Source: an uncultured Actinomycetes bacterium
Lineage (GTDB): Bacteria > Actinomycetota > Acidimicrobiia > Acidimicrobiales > JACCXE01
DNA: 64,000 nt
NCBI GenBank assembly: GCA_963769985.1
Contig: CAVYNR010000012.1
Location: 50,766 to 114,765, forward strand
Reading direction: 5' to 3'
The notes below the pieces were generated by a model. The model was not told the origin of the DNA, searched no databases, and saw nothing but the letters and a program-made list of their open reading frames with translations. Shown in pieces: positions 22,509 through 34,675 of this stretch (positions within the stretch are counted from its first letter, which is position 1; every line of letters begins with the position of its first letter). Position numbers and translations under genes: made by a program.

Positions 22509-23467
22509 CTAGTCGGGAACGACGCCCATCTTCCCGGCATGGAAGTCCTCGAACGCCTGCGCCAGTTCGGCGCGGGTGTTCATCACGAACGGGCCTTGCC
22601 ACGCGATCGGCTCCCCGATCGGCTGGCCGCCGAGGATCAGCACGTCGAGCGCGGGGTGCGCGGCTGTCCTGCTGATGCGTCGGCGCGCACGACGACGGGC
22701 CCGGGGTGGTTCGGTTCGAGCACCGCCAGCTGACCGGTCGGAGCGGCTGACCGTCGGGCCCGACGAGCCGTCGCCGGCGAGCACGTAGACGAGCGCGTTG
22801 AAGTCGGCGCGCCACGGCAGCACGAGCTCGGCGCCGGGCGCGAGCGTCGCGTGCACGTAGTTGATCGGGCTGTGGGTCGAGCCCGGTCCGGCGATACCGC
22901 CGGCGTCGCCGGCGATGACGCGCACGCAGCGCGCCGCCGTCGGCGCTGCGCGCCAAGCTTCACGTCGTCGGCTTCGATGCCTTGGTAGGCCGCCGGCATC
23001 ATCTTGTCCTTCGCCGGCAGGTTGACCCACAGCTGCACGCCGTGGAACAGGCCGCCCGTACGCACGAGGTGTTCCGGTGGCCTCTCGATGTGCAGGATGC
23101 CGCCGCCGGCGGTCATCCACTGCGTCGAGCCGTTGGTGATGACGCCGCCGTTGACCGATCGAGTCCTGGTGTTCGAAGACGCCGTCGATCATGTAGGTGA
23201 CGGTCTCGAAACCGCGGTGCGGGTGCCACGACGTGCCGCGGGCTTCGCCCGGCGCGTACTCGACCTCGCCCATCTGGTCCATGTGGATGAACGGGTCGAG
23301 CAATTCGTGCGGCACGCCGGCGAAGGCGCGGCGCACGGGGAAGCCCTCGCCCTCGTAACCCGGTCGGCGCCGTGCTCACCCGACGCACCGGGCGAGCCGG
23401 TACGTCGGGAGGCGCGGGCGCGATCGGGATCGAGCGTGAGTACGTCGTCAACAGTTACTGCTGGCAT
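22509..23467 (-). CDS. Pirin family protein (frameshifted)
   Basis: [47 protein letters not shown]. Confidence 0.9.
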
Positions 23468-23477
23468 GAGTGCCTTC

Positions 23478-24064
23478 TTACTGCCTGACCGCTTCGACTT
23501 CGAGGTCGATGACGACGTCCTTGCCGACGAGCACGCCGCCGGTCTCGAGCGCCTGGTTCCAGATGAGGCCGAAGTCCTCGCGGTTGATCTTGGTCGACGC
23601 GTTGAACACGGCGCGCACGCCGCCCCACGGGTCGATGACGACGCCGTGCGTACTCGACGTCGAGCGTCACCGGCTTGGTGACGCCGGCGATCGTGAGGTC
23701 ACCGTCGACGACGAAGTTCTCGCCCTTGACGTGGCGCACCGACGGTGCTCTTGTAGGTCAGCGTCGGGAACTTGCGCGACGTCGAGGAAGTCGGCGCTGC
23801 GCAGGTGCGTCGTCACGCGTGTCGTCGCCGGTCGTGATCGACGCGGCCTCGATGGTGACGTCGACCGAGCTTTCGAGCGGGTCGTCGGCGATGGTGATCG
23901 CCCCGGACACGTCGGTGAAGCGGCCGCGGGTCTTGGCGACCACGAGGTGGCGGACGGTGAAGGCGGCGGCGCTGTGCGAACGCGTCGATGGCGAAGGTGC
24001 CGGCCTCGGGAATGTCGAGGCCTTCGAAGCTGCGGGTGTTGGTCTGGGGGGCGGTGGTGGTCAT
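23478..24064 (-). CDS. YceI family protein (frameshifted)
   Basis: GTFAID, KTRGRFTDVSG, SITTGD..RD, HLRSADF, GDLTIAGVTKPVTL. Confidence 0.88.
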
Positions 24065-24091
24065 GGGATGCGGTCTCCTTGGTCGTAGTAG

Positions 24092-24135
24092 TTGCGTGTG
24101 CAAAGCAACTATACTCCAAGTCGTTGCGTGCGCAA
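24092..24135. promoter_or_regulatory. Two near-palindromic sites (putative MarR operators) between divergent yceI and marR
   Basis: TTGCGTGTGCAA at 24092-24103 and TTGCGTGCGCAA at 24124-24135. Confidence 0.6.
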
Positions 24136-24158
24136 GTAATTCCTGTACACTTCGCTTC

Positions 24159-24656
24159 GTGGATCCCGTCCTGCACGACGAACGCATCACTTCTTTCGGC
24201 CTGCTCCTCGAGGCGACGAACGCCGTGCGCGGCGCGCTCGAGTGCGCAGGCGCGCAATGGGGCGGCATGCCGCCGAACTACGAAGCTGCTGTTGCGCCTC
24301 GCCCGCTCCGAGGGCCAACGCCTCCGCATGACGCGACCTGGCGGCGCAGTGCGGCCTGTACCCCGAGCGGCGTGTCGCGTGCCGTCGACCGGCTCGCGGC
24401 CGACGGCCTCGTGCAGCCGCGTGCAGCTGCCCGAGGACCGACCGCGCGGTTCGCACGCCGAGATGACGCCGAAGGGCAACAAGACTGATCGTCGCCGCGC
24501 TCAAGCAGCACGTCGAGGACATCCAGCGTGAGTTCGTCGACGTGCTGTCAGCCGAACGAGCGCGAGCAACTCGAGGCGATCTGCCGCAAGCTGCGCGACC
24601 ACCACAACCCCGCGCTACGGCCGGGGCTTACGTCGTCCTTCCAGCCGTCCCAGTAG
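24159..24656 (+). CDS. MarR family transcriptional regulator (frameshifted; end approximate)
   Basis: LLLRLARSEGQRLRM and TPSGVSRAVDRLAADGLV segments in different frames. Confidence 0.8.
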
Positions 24657-25213
24657 GTGACCTCTTCGACGGGACGGCGCTTGGCCTCGCCCCACTTGCC
24701 CGTCGGGTAGCCGACCGGCACCATCGCCCACGTCTTGACGTCGGCCGGGATGTCGAGCACGGCGCGCACTTCGTCTTCGGCGAACTGGTGCACGGTCGTC
24801 AGCGTCGTGCCGAGACCGAGGGCGCGCGCCGCGAGGAACAGGTTCTGCAGCGCGCCGTACACCGAGCCGGGGTCGCCGCCTTTGGACGCCGGGATGATGA
24901 TCGCCGGCGCGTCGCCCATGTGATCGCCGAGGTAGTCGGCGGAGCCGAACACGCGCACCATCTGCTTGTCGTTCTGGTCGATGTTGCCGCTGTACATCTC
25001 CGAGACCGGCTCCCAGCACTTCTTGTAGATCGCGCCGAGCTTGGCCCGTTTGTCGGCGTCGGTGACCACGATCCACCGCACCGGCTGCGCGTTCGAACCC
25101 GACGGGCCTTTGGTCGCGGCTTCGCAGATCTTCCAGAGGTCCTCGTCGCGGACGGGCTTGGTGTCGAGACGGCGCATCGCGCGCGTCGTGTGGATCGCTT
25201 CCCAGATGTCCAT
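24548..25213 (-). CDS. Nitroreductase family protein
   Basis: IHTTRAMRRL, PSGSNAQP, QNLFLAARALGLGT, VPVGYP. The true stop may be at 24628. Confidence 0.9.
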   Translation of the reverse strand: MDIWEAIHTTRAMRRLDTKPVRDEDLWKICEAATKGPSGSNAQPVRWIVVTDADKRAKLGAIYKKCWEPVSEMYSGNIDQNDKQMVRVFGSADYLGDHMGDAPAIIIPASKGGDPGSVYGALQNLFLAARALGLGTTLTTVHQFAEDEVRAVLDIPADVKTWAMVPVGYPTGKWGEAKRRPVEEVTYWDGWKDDVSPGRSAGLWWSRSLRQIASSCSRSFG

Positions 25214-25215
25214 CA

Positions 25216-25519
25216 CTACATCAGCTTCGATTTGTCCTCGACCTCGTACTTGTTCACTTCGGCCTCGGTCACGCCGACCGTGCCCATCGCGCCCATGAAC
25301 TCGGCCATGTGCGGCGTGGCGAAGTGGCTGTTGAGCGCGGCCTCGTCGGCGTACTCCTCGAACACGCGGAACACGCCCGGCTCTTGCGGGTCGGCATAGA
25401 ACCCGTAGGCAAGCACGCCCTCTTCGGCATTCGACGCCGCGGCCATCTTGGCGCCGACTTCCGCGAACTCGTCGTGGTTCGCCGGGATCCATCTTCAACA
25501 CACCGGAGACAACGATCAT
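25216..25519 (-). CDS. Antibiotic biosynthesis monooxygenase (ABM/putative quinol monooxygenase) family
   Basis: EEGVLAYGFYADP..FRVFEEYADEAALNSHFATPHM; N-terminus MIVVSG in another frame. Confidence 0.85.
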
Positions 25520-25571
25520 GCGTAGCTCCTTAGAGATCGAACGCTGAAGCTAGGATCGCTAGATTCGCTGC

Positions 25572-26310
25572 ATGACTCCTGAAGAAGCAGCCGTCGCCAG
25601 CGCCGAAGCCGTCAGCGGCCTCACCGCCCGATTCATGCTCGACCCCGCGACGTACAAGTACGGCGCACGATCGGTTTTCCGGGCATGTCCTTTTACTTCG
25701 GCGGGCGCGGCGGCGTACTCGGCGACGTGGACGCCGACGCCGTGTACCGACGCCTTCGTGTTCTTCCACCCCGAACTGAGTCGCAGCAACTGGGAGAGCA
25801 GCCGGCGACGTGATGTCGCGCGAAAGCCGCCGCGACCGAGTTCCAGAAGTCGTGCGCCGACTGGGCCGAGGACCACATGCCCGACGACCTCGACGCCGCG
25901 ACGCTCGGCGGCGCTCGCGCAGAAGGTCGCCGCCGCCGCCGACGGCCAGCGACGCCCCGGTGTTCGAGGGGTGGCGCAAGCTGCGACGCCGCCGACCAGC
26001 CCGAAGGCGGCGGCGGTGCACCACATGAATTCGCTGCGCGAGCTGCGCTTCGCGCTGCACGCCAACGCCGTTGCTCGCTGAGGGCATCGACCCCGAAGAC
26101 GCGCTGTCGCCATCGCCAGCCGTACATGGTCGCGATTTTCGGGTGGGGCGAGCCGTCGGAGATCCCAAGACGCCGATCGCGGGTGACTGGGACAAGGCGG
26201 AAGCCGAAACCGACGCCCGCGATGGCCGAGGCGCTCTCGCGTGCTCTCAGCCGACGAGCTCGACACCTTCGTCGCGCTCGCCAACGCCGCGCTCGCCGCG
26301 ATCCGCGTAG
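25572..26310 (+). CDS. SCO6745/EvbL-like hypothetical protein (frameshifted)
   Basis: FYFGGRGGVLGDV (reconstructed), AFVFF, LRELRFALH and AEAETD motifs. Confidence 0.65.
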
Positions 26311-26946
26311 TTGCGCGTCTCGCCGACGCGCTCTTCCGCGCTCGCGCAGTGGGTCGAGCGATCCGGCACGGTCGGGCCCACGAGTGCGGCGGCCCGACGC
26401 TTCGGCTCCTTCGGGGAAGGCAGCGCGCTCGGTCTTTCCACCCGGGCGCACTCTTCGGTGAGCAGTTCATCGAGATCGGCGCGCACACGCTGATCGGCCC
26501 GCACGTGACGATGTCGGCGGGCCTGTTGGGCGAGGACCTGCGCACGAAGCTCGCGCACGGTTGGTCGCTGCGCTTCGGCGACAACTGCAGCATCGGGCGC
26601 AACTCGTTCTTCGTGTCGCGCGTCGGCATCGACGTCGGCGACGACATGACGATGGCGCCGAACGTGTACATCACCGACCACAACCACCGCTTCGACGACG
26701 TGTCGCTGCCGATCAAGCAGCAGTGGATGACCGAAGCGCCAGTCGACGATCGGTCGCCGGCAGCTGGCTCGGCGCCGGTGCGGTGATCCTGCCGGGCGCG
26801 CAGCTGGGCCAAGAACACGGTCGTCGCCGCCGGCTCGGTCGTGCGCGCCGGCGAGTATCGCCGACTTCTCCGTGCTGGCCGGCGTGCCCGCCAAAGTTGT
26901 TCGGTCGCACGATGGAACGGGTTGGGATCCGCCTATTCCCAGCTAA
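26311..26946 (+). CDS. Hexapeptide-repeat (LbetaH) acyltransferase (frameshifted)
   Basis: IEIGAHTLIGPHV, GDNCSIG, NVYITDHNHRF, WLGAGAVILPG. Confidence 0.82.
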
Positions 26947-26998
26947 GTCGCTTCCTGGCTATCGCTCGCTCGCACGAGTAACGGGGCAGAATCAGCCG

Positions 26999-27448
26999 GT
27001 GCACATAACGGCGAAGGCGGAGTACGCCATGCGGGCGTTGCTCACGCTCGCAGCGCAGGACGGCGGACCGCTGACCGCCGATCGCCTGGCCGAGTCACAA
27101 AAGCTGCCGGTGAAGTTCCTCGAGAACATTCTCGTCGACCTGCGACGCGGTGGGCTGGTGCGCAGCCAGCGCGGCCCCGAAGGTGGCTATCGCCTCGCGC
27201 GACCGGCCGACAAGATCACCGCCGCGGATGTGCTGCGATTGGTGGACGGACCGCTCGCCGACGTGCGGGGCGTGCGCCCGGAGGCGGCGGCGTACGAGGG
27301 CCCGGCCGAACATTTGCAAGAGGTGTGGGTGGCGGCGCGCGGAAGCCTGCGCTCGGTGCTCGACAACGTGACCTTGGCCGAGATCGCGTCGGGCAAGTTG
27401 CCCAAGGTGGTCGCAAAACTCACCGACAATCCGGCCGCCTGGGAGTGA
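26999..27448 (+). CDS. Rrf2 family transcriptional regulator
   Basis: HITAKAEYAMRAL, FLENIL..LRRGGLVRSQRGPEGGYRLARP; no Cys triad (CymR-like). Confidence 0.92.
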   Translation: MHITAKAEYAMRALLTLAAQDGGPLTADRLAESQKLPVKFLENILVDLRRGGLVRSQRGPEGGYRLARPADKITAADVLRLVDGPLADVRGVRPEAAAYEGPAEHLQEVWVAARGSLRSVLDNVTLAEIASGKLPKVVAKLTDNPAAWE

Positions 27449-27449
27449 C

Positions 27450-27890
27450 GTGATCACGACAAACGCGCGCCCCGTCACGATGGTGTTGCGCAGCCTGCTC
27501 GTGCGATGCCCCCGCTGCGGCGGTGGCAAGTTGTTCTCCTCGTATTTCAGGCTCAAGCCGCGCTGCCCGACCTGCGGCTACAAGTTCATACGCGAGGAGG
27601 GGTTCTGGCTGGGGGGCTATGTGATGAACGTGGTGATCGGCGAAGGGTTGCTTGCCATCCACCTGCTCGTGTTCGCGACGGTGATCCTCAACAACCCCGA
27701 TACGTCGCTCGCGCCTTGGCTCATCGGCGCGATCGCGTTCGCGATCATCCCGCCCATCCTGTTCTTTCCGATGTCGCGCACGACCTGGGCAGCGGTCGAC
27801 CTGCTCATGCATCCACTAGAACCATGGGAAGTGGCCGACGCTGACCTTGCGGTGAGCGAAGCCGAGAAGAACCAGGGGGACCACAGGTGA
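27450..27890 (+). CDS. DUF983 family membrane protein
   Basis: RCPRCGGGKLF..CPTCG zinc ribbon followed by two TM helices. Confidence 0.85.
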   Translation: MITTNARPVTMVLRSLLVRCPRCGGGKLFSSYFRLKPRCPTCGYKFIREEGFWLGGYVMNVVIGEGLLAIHLLVFATVILNNPDTSLAPWLIGAIAFAIIPPILFFPMSRTTWAAVDLLMHPLEPWEVADADLAVSEAEKNQGDHR

Positions 27891-29074
27891 AGTTCGGCAT
27901 CTTCTACGAACACCAGCTACCTCGGCCATGGGAGGTCGACAGCGAGTACCGGCTGCTACACGAGTCGCTCGACCAGATCGAGCTGGCCGACGGGCTGGGC
28001 TATGACTACGCGTGGGAGGTCGAACACCACTTCCTCGAGGAGTACTCGCACTCCTCCGCGCCCGAGGTGTTCCTCGCCGCCGCGAGCCAGCGCACGAAGC
28101 GGATCCGCCTCGGCCACGGCATCATCCAGCTCACGACCAACCATCCGGCGCGCGTGGCCGAACGCGTGTCGACGCTCGACCTCCTAAGCGGCGGCCGCGT
28201 CGAGCTCGGCATCGGCGAAGGCTCGACCACCACCGAATTGCACCCGTTCGGCCGGCGCTTCCGCGACAAGCGCGAGATCTGGGAAGAGGCGGTGCAAGCG
28301 CTGATTCCCATGTTCGGGGACGCGCCGACCGAACATCACGGGAAGTACTTCGACCTCCCGTCGCGCAACGTCATTCCCAAGCCGCGCCAAAAACCCCACC
28401 CGCCGCTGTGGGTCGCGTGTTCCCAGCGCGACACGATCGAGTACTGCGGGCGCCGCGGGATGGGCGCGCTCGGCTTCCAGTTCGTGAGCGCCGACGAAGC
28501 CCACGCGTGGGTCAGCACCTACTACAACGCGTTCAACCACCGGCTCGACAAGCTGGCCGACTACGCGACCAACCCGAACATCGCGGTCGTGTGCGGCTTC
28601 ATGTGTTGTGAAACCGACGAAGAGGCGCACGACAAGGCCGACGGCTGGACCTTCTTCGCGTTCGCGTTGCGGTACTACGGCACCCACGTGCCTGGGGCGG
28701 AAGGCACGGCGGACAATTTGTGGGAGGAGTACCAGTCGTTCCGGCGGACCCCGCAGTTCGAGAAGATGCACGCGGGCGGACTCATTGGTTCACCGGAGAC
28801 GATCCGCGCGAAGTTGCGCAAGTTCGAGTCGTCACATGTCGACCAGGTGATCCTGTTGAATCAGGCGGGCAAGAACACCCACAAGGACATCTGCGCCAGT
28901 CTCGAGTTATTCGCCGCCGAGGTCATGCCGGAGTTCGCGCAGCGTCACGGCGACCACGAGGCGTGGAAGCAGCAGGTGTTGGCCGGCGAGATCGTGCTCG
29001 ACGAAGTCGACATCTCGCCAGAGGCGCTGCCCCGACCGCGGCGGGTGCTCGCGGTCGACAACACGCCTGACTAA
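27887..29074 (+). CDS. LLM class flavin-dependent oxidoreductase
   Basis: MKFGIFYE, EHHFLEEYSHSSAPE, LSGGRVELGIG, PKPRQKPHPPLW. Confidence 0.93.
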   Translation: MKFGIFYEHQLPRPWEVDSEYRLLHESLDQIELADGLGYDYAWEVEHHFLEEYSHSSAPEVFLAAASQRTKRIRLGHGIIQLTTNHPARVAERVSTLDLLSGGRVELGIGEGSTTTELHPFGRRFRDKREIWEEAVQALIPMFGDAPTEHHGKYFDLPSRNVIPKPRQKPHPPLWVACSQRDTIEYCGRRGMGALGFQFVSADEAHAWVSTYYNAFNHRLDKLADYATNPNIAVVCGFMCCETDEEAHDKADGWTFFAFALRYYGTHVPGAEGTADNLWEEYQSFRRTPQFEKMHAGGLIGSPETIRAKLRKFESSHVDQVILLNQAGKNTHKDICASLELFAAEVMPEFAQRHGDHEAWKQQVLAGEIVLDEVDISPEALPRPRRVLAVDNTPD

Positions 29075-29086
29075 GCGACCGCGCCC

Positions 29087-30421
29087 TTAGGCGTTCTTCG
29101 GCAGCTGCGAGAACGGCGTCGCGGAGTCGGGCCCCGGCTCCTTGGGCAGACCGAGGGCGCGCTCGCCGATGATGTTGCGCTGGATCTGGTCGGTGCCGCC
29201 GTAGATCGGCGGGGCCTGCGCGTACAGCGCGCTCATGGTGATCATGCCGAGGAACGGGTTGCCGGTGGCCTTGTCGTTCACGGCGCGCTCCTCGTCCTTG
29301 TACGCGTGCAGCATGCCGGCGGCGCCGACGATGGCGAGGCCGAGGTCGCGCTGCGTGCGCACGATCTCGGACTGGCCGAGCTTGGAGATGTTGGCCATGC
29401 CGGGGATGTCGCCGCCCCGGGCGTGCACGCCCTTGAGGCGCTCGCCGTTGAGGCGGCCGATCTCGCCGAGCGTGTGCAGCTTGGCGAGACCCTGACGGAT
29501 GGTCGGGTCGGTCGACTTGCCGTTGCCCTTGGCCATGCCGATGAGCAGCTGCGCCGTCGACTGGCGCGCCTTCTGGCGCCTTCGGACGCCCGCCGCGCGC
29601 TCGGCGCGCTCTGCCGGCGAAGTCGCCGGCGCGCATGTCGAGCTGCTTGGCGACCGTGCCGGGCGACGCACCCACGCCGCCGGCGCCGCCGCCGCCGGCA
29701 CCGAGACCGGCGCGCTCGTTGGCCAGCGTGGTGTTGGCCGCGGCCCAGCCGTTGTTGAGGTCGCCGATGACCCACTTGTCGGGCACGCGGGCGTCGCGAG
29801 AGGAACACCTCGTTGAACATGGCGTGGCCGGTCATCTCGTTGAGCGGGCGCACGCTCGACACCGGGCTGGTGCATGTCGATGGCCATCCAGCTGATGCCC
29901 TGGTGCTTCGGGGCGTCGGGGTTGGTGCGCGCGAGCAGCATGCCCATGTCGGCGGTCTGGCCCATCGACGTCCACACCTTCTGGCCGTTGATGATCCACT
30001 CCTCGCCGTCCTTGATCGCCTTGGTCGTGAGACCGGCGAGGTCGGAACCGGCGCCGGGCTCGGAGAAGAGCTGACACCACGCCTTCTGGCCGGTGACGAT
30101 GTCGCGCACGAGCGTGTCGATCTGCTCCTGGCTGCCGTGGGTGGCGATGGTCGGCGCCGCCAGCAGCAAGCCGAGGCCCGCGGGTGCGCCGAGGGCGCCG
30201 AACGCCGCCGATCTCGTTGGCGACGGCGACGGCGTCGGCGCGGGAGAGGCCCTTGCCGTACGCGTTGTTCGGCAGCGTGGGTGCCGCCCAGCCGGCGGTG
30301 CCGAGCTTCTCCCACCACTGGGCCACGGTGAGATCCGGATCCCAGTTCTCCTCGAGCCAGACGCGCAGCTCGTCGAGGATTTCGCTGCCCGTGCGGGTGT
30401 CCAGTGTTCGGTAACGGCCAT
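29087..30421 (-). CDS. Acyl-CoA dehydrogenase (frameshifted)
   Basis: [49 protein letters not shown]. Confidence 0.9.
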   Translation of the reverse strand: MAVTEHWTPARAAKSSTSCASGSRRTGIRISPWPSGGRSSAPPAGRHPRCRTTRTARASPAPTPSPSPTRSAAFGALGAPAGLGLLLAAPTIATHGSQEQIDTLVRDIVTGQKAWCQLFSEPGAGSDLAGLTTKAIKDGEEWIINGQKVWTSMGQTADMGMLLARTNPDAPKHQGISWMAIDMHQPGVERAPAQRDDRPRHVQRGVPLATPACPTSGSSATSTTAGPRPTPRWPTSAPVSVPAAAAPAAWVRRPARSPSSSTCAPATSPAERAERAAGVRRRQKARQSTAQLLIGMAKGNGKSTDPTIRQGLAKLHTLGEIGRLNGERLKGVHARGGDIPGMANISKLGQSEIVRTQRDLGLAIVGAAGMLHAYKDEERAVNDKATGNPFLGMITMSALYAQAPPIYGGTDQIQRNIIGERALGLPKEPGPDSATPFSQLPKNA

Positions 30422-30424
30422 GGT

Positions 30425-31404
30425 GCCAACCTCTCGCAATCTTGACCGACCGGTCAAGTTTCTCAGAGTCGAGCCTCGGAAGCACATCAAGGGCGCCGAA
30501 GTTGTCGACCACCTGTTCGGGGCGGCTGGCGCCGGTGATGACGGTCGACACGTGCGGGTTCGACCGCGCACCACGCGATCGAGAGCTGGGCGAGCGTGCA
30601 GCCGAGCTCGTCGGCCACGTCGCGCATCTGCTTGACCTTCTCGTTGCGAGGTCGGGTCCTTCAACATCCCCTGCAGCCACTCGTAGCCCGGCAGCGCGCC
30701 GCGGCTGTCGTCGGGAATCTGGCCGTCGATGTACTTGCCGGTGAGCAGGCCGCGACGCCAGCGGCGACCACGTGGTGAGACCGAGGCCGATGTCGTCGTA
30801 GAGACGGGCGTACTCGCGCTCGACGCGCTTGCGCTCGAACAGGTTGTACTGCGGCTGCTCCATCACCGGCTTGTGCAGGTTGCGCTTGTCGGCGATGTCC
30901 CACGCGGCGCGGATTTCGTCGGCCGTCCACTCCGACGTGCCCCAGTAGAGCGCCTTGCCCGAGTCGATGATGTCGGACATCGCCCACACCGTCTCCTCGA
31001 TCGGCGTGTTCGGGTCGGCGCGGTGGCAGAAGATGAGGTCGAGGAAGTCGAGGCCGAACCGCGCGAGCGAACCGTCGACCGCGTGGATGAGGTACTTGCG
31101 GTTCAGCGTGTTGCGACGGTTCGGTCCTTCGTTGAGGCCCCAGAAGAACTTCGACGACACGACGTAGGAGTCGCGGTCCCAGCCGAGCTTGGCCGAAGGC
31201 CTTGCCCATGATCGTTTCCGACTCACCGCCCGGCGTACGCCTCGGCGTTGTCGTAGAAGTTGCAGCCGGCGTCGTGGGCCGCGGCGAGGCAGTCGACCGC
31301 CTTCCCACGTCGATCTGGGGCCCGAAGCTCACCCACGATCCGAACGACAACACGCATACCTGCAATCCAGACCGGCCCAGCCGGCGATAGGTCATCTCAG
31401 CCAT
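30425..31404 (-). CDS. Aldo/keto reductase (Kv-beta-like; frameshifted, end approximate)
   Basis: [43 protein letters not shown]. Confidence 0.88.
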
Positions 31405-31436
31405 GCAGAGTGTCTACCCGACTAAACAATGCCGCC

Positions 31437-32906
31437 GTGGCGACGATCTCGTACCCCCGGCGGCTGCTCGACTTGGTCGACGAGGCGCCTGAGCGACTCG
31501 CAGTGACCTGCGGCGACGTCACGTGGACCCGCGCGCAACTCGAAGAGCGCGCCGACACGTTCGCGCGCCACCTCCGCTCGATCGGCGTGCAGGAGGGCGA
31601 CCTGGTCACGATGGCGTTGCCGAACACCGCCGGAGTGGTTCATCGCCGCCATCGCGTGCTGGAAGCTGGGCGCGATCCCGCAACCGGTCAGCCCGCGGCT
31701 GCCGGCGCGCGAGCTGAACGCGATCATCGAACTGGCCGACCCGCCGGTCGTGCTCGGCACCGCCGCCGATGCCGAGCAGCGCCGGTCACCGGCCGCTGCT
31801 CAACGTCGCCGAGTGGCTCGCCGCCCATCCCGAGCCGTCGGCCGAAACCGATCCGCTGCCCGACGTGATGAGCCCGGCGTGGAAGGCGCCGACGTCGGGC
31901 GGCTCGACCGGGCGACCGAAGCTGATCGTGTCGGGTGATCCCGCGGCCATGCGACGACGAGATCGGTCCGCTGCTCGGCCACACCCGCGACGGCGTGCTC
32001 GTGATGCCCGGCCCGCTGTACCACAACGGTCCGTTGATCTGGTCGTGTCACGGGCTGCTGCACGGCAACCACGTCGTGGTGCTGCCGAAGTTCGACGCCG
32101 AGGCCACGCTCGACGCGATCGACCGGTACAAGGCCGACATCATCTACCTGGTCCCCACGATGATGAAGCGCATCTCGCGGCTTGCCGACCGAGGAGCGCG
32201 AGTCCTACGACATGTCGTCGCTGCGCGTCGTGTGGCACCTCGCCGAGCCGTGCCCCGCGTGGGTGAAGCAGGCGTGGATCGACTGGCTCGGCCCCGAGAA
32301 GATCATCGAGCTGTACGGCGGCACCGAAGGCCAGCTCGCCTGCGTCGATCAACGGCGTCGAGTGGCTCGAGCACCGCGGCTCGGTCGGCAAGCCGATGAC
32401 TCGGCGAGATCATGATCTGCGACGAGACGGCAACGAGGTCCCGGTCGGCGAGGACGGCGAGGTGTGGCTGCGGTCGGGCCGCGACACGCCGACGTACTCG
32501 CTACATCGGCGCCGAGGCGCGGCAACGCGACGGCGGTTGGGAGTCGCTCGGCGACAACGGCCACGTCGACGCCGACGGCTACCTGTATCTCGGCGACCGC
32601 GTCGGCGACATGATCCTGAGCGGCGGCGCCAACATCTATCCCGCCGAAGTCGAAGCCGCGCTGCAAGAGCACCCGTCGATCGAGAGCTGCGCGGTTATCG
32701 GCCTGCCCGACGAGGATCTTGGCAACACGGTGCACGCCATCGTGCAAGCGAACACCGAGGCGTTCGACCAGGACGACGTGCTGGCGTTCCTGGCCGAACG
32801 TCTCGTGCGTTACAAGATGCCGCGCTCGTTCGAAGTCGTCGACGAGCCGCTGCGCGACGACGCCGGCAAAGTGCGTCGCAGCGATCTGCGAGCCCAACGT
32901 CTGTAG
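31437..32906 (+). CDS. AMP-binding acyl-CoA synthetase (frameshifted)
   Basis: TSGGSTGRPK, YGGTEG, GD.G..DADGYLY..DR, SGGANIYPAEVE, GKV. Confidence 0.9.
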
Positions 32907-32916
32907 ATACTGAGGG

Positions 32917-34614
32917 TTACTTCGTAAAGCCGATGTCTTGGTAAATCGTGGTGGCGAAGCCGAAGGCGCCGTAGTTGGCCAGCGTGTCCTTGGTCGCGTA
33001 CAACTCGGGCCGCTGGTAGTCGGTCAGCGAGTGGACCTCGTCCCAGATCAGCTTGTCGATCTGGTTGGCGATGTCGATGGCCTTGTCGGGGTCGAGCTCC
33101 GACGTCGCGTCGTCGAACAGCTTGTCGATCTCGTCTGAGCCGACGCGGGAGTAGTTCTGCTGAATGTCATCGCCGGCGGGCTTGGCGTAGATCGACTTCG
33201 ACGAGCTAATCGGGAACGGCGTGCCGAGCCACGAGAACACCGTCATGTCGAAGTCGCCAGGCGTGATGTATTTGTCGAAGAAGTCGTCGCTGGCCACCGT
33301 GTCGATCTGGAGCTTGGCGCCGACGGCAGTGAACATCCCGGCGATCAGCGTCGCTTCCTTTTCGCTGGTGGCCACCTGTGACGGGATCACCATGCGGATC
33401 ACGAGTTGCTTGCCTGCCTTCGTGCGAACGGTGTCGGATCCGTTGAGCGTCCACCCGGCGGCGTCGAGCTCGGCCTTCGCTTTCTCGGGGTTCACGGTGG
33501 CGAGGTCGCCGGCGTTGTTCTTGTAGCCCTTCTGGTTGGCCATGAAGATGTGGTTGTTCAGCGCGTCGGCGTTGCCGCCGAGCGGGCCGAGCATCGCCTT
33601 CGCGATCGTCTTGCGGTCGATCGCCAGCGCCAGCGCGTGACGGACCTTGACGTCCTTGAGGATTTCGCCGGTGCCGTTAATGGTGATGTGACGGAAGTTG
33701 GGCCCGCCGGCGCGATGAATGCTGACGCCGGCTAGCGACTTGGCGCGTTGGTACTTGTCGACGTCGGGGCCGATGTCGATGAAGTCGATCTCACCGTTGG
33801 CCAACGAGTCGATCTGCGCATCGACGTCGATCGAGATGAACACGATCTTGTCGAGCAGCGGCTTGTCGCCCCACCATTTCTCGTTCGGCACGACGCTGAT
33901 CGTCTTCGCGGTCGAATCGGTGTTCTCGAGCTTGAACGGACCGGCGGTGGTGAGCGGCTTGTCGACCCACCCTTCGTTGAAGATCTTCGGGTCCTTGCTC
34001 GTGGAAGCCGGGAGCAACGTGCTGAACAATGCCTGCCAGTCGGCGTAGGGCTTGCTGAACGTGACGACGACCTCGTGGTCGTCCTTGCCCGCCTTGACCG
34101 AAGAGATCTGGTCGTAGCCGTTCGACGAAACAATCTGATAGTCGGTGCCCTCGGCCGTCTTCATCGCGTTCCACAGCGCTTCATAATCCGCCACCGTGAT
34201 CTTGGTGCCGTCGTACCAAATCGCTTTCGGATTGAGCTCGTAGGTGACGACCTGCGGATCGGTCGACGTGAGTTCAGCCGACGACACGTAGTTCTTGTCG
34301 AGAATGGGCTCGGCCTTGCCGTTGAAGATGAACGGCGACGGCAATAAGGCGCCTACAACATCGTTGTTGTCGCGATCGCCGCCGTCGAGTTCGTTCGGGT
34401 TGAAGTTGGCGGGATAGCCAGTGAGCGGCCATTTCAGCGTGCCGCCTTGCTTCAGGTCCTCGCGCGGCGTGGCGTTGATGTCAACGGCGCTGGAGTCGAC
34501 CGACTCCTGTGATGTCGCCGACGTGTTGTTGTCGTCGTCGCTGCCGCAGGCGCCGGCGATCAAGCTAAACGCAAGTACGGCGCCGATGACTCGGGATGAA
34601 CGCTTGAAAAACAA
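32917..34614 (-). CDS. Peptide/nickel ABC transporter substrate-binding lipoprotein (family 5)
   Basis: Lipobox IAGAC-G; AGPFKL, DVKVRHALALAIDR motifs. Confidence 0.92.
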   Translation of the reverse strand: MFFKRSSRVIGAVLAFSLIAGACGSDDDNNTSATSQESVDSSAVDINATPREDLKQGGTLKWPLTGYPANFNPNELDGGDRDNNDVVGALLPSPFIFNGKAEPILDKNYVSSAELTSTDPQVVTYELNPKAIWYDGTKITVADYEALWNAMKTAEGTDYQIVSSNGYDQISSVKAGKDDHEVVVTFSKPYADWQALFSTLLPASTSKDPKIFNEGWVDKPLTTAGPFKLENTDSTAKTISVVPNEKWWGDKPLLDKIVFISIDVDAQIDSLANGEIDFIDIGPDVDKYQRAKSLAGVSIHRAGGPNFRHITINGTGEILKDVKVRHALALAIDRKTIAKAMLGPLGGNADALNNHIFMANQKGYKNNAGDLATVNPEKAKAELDAAGWTLNGSDTVRTKAGKQLVIRMVIPSQVATSEKEATLIAGMFTAVGAKLQIDTVASDDFFDKYITPGDFDMTVFSWLGTPFPISSSKSIYAKPAGDDIQQNYSRVGSDEIDKLFDDATSELDPDKAIDIANQIDKLIWDEVHSLTDYQRPELYATKDTLANYGAFGFATTIYQDIGFTK

Positions 34615-34675
34615 TGCAGCCTCCTGGTTTGGGCCCAGCCCAATCGGAGGTAGGCCTACCCGTTTCTATCCTGCG

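Noticed and set aside
24548-25519. ABM-nitroreductase fusion ORF (323 aa), and similar chimeric ORFs at 29087..30667, 40239..41768 and 46574..47503
   Set aside because: These are frame-crossing artefacts of indels and GC-rich open frames; separate starts and stops are visible.
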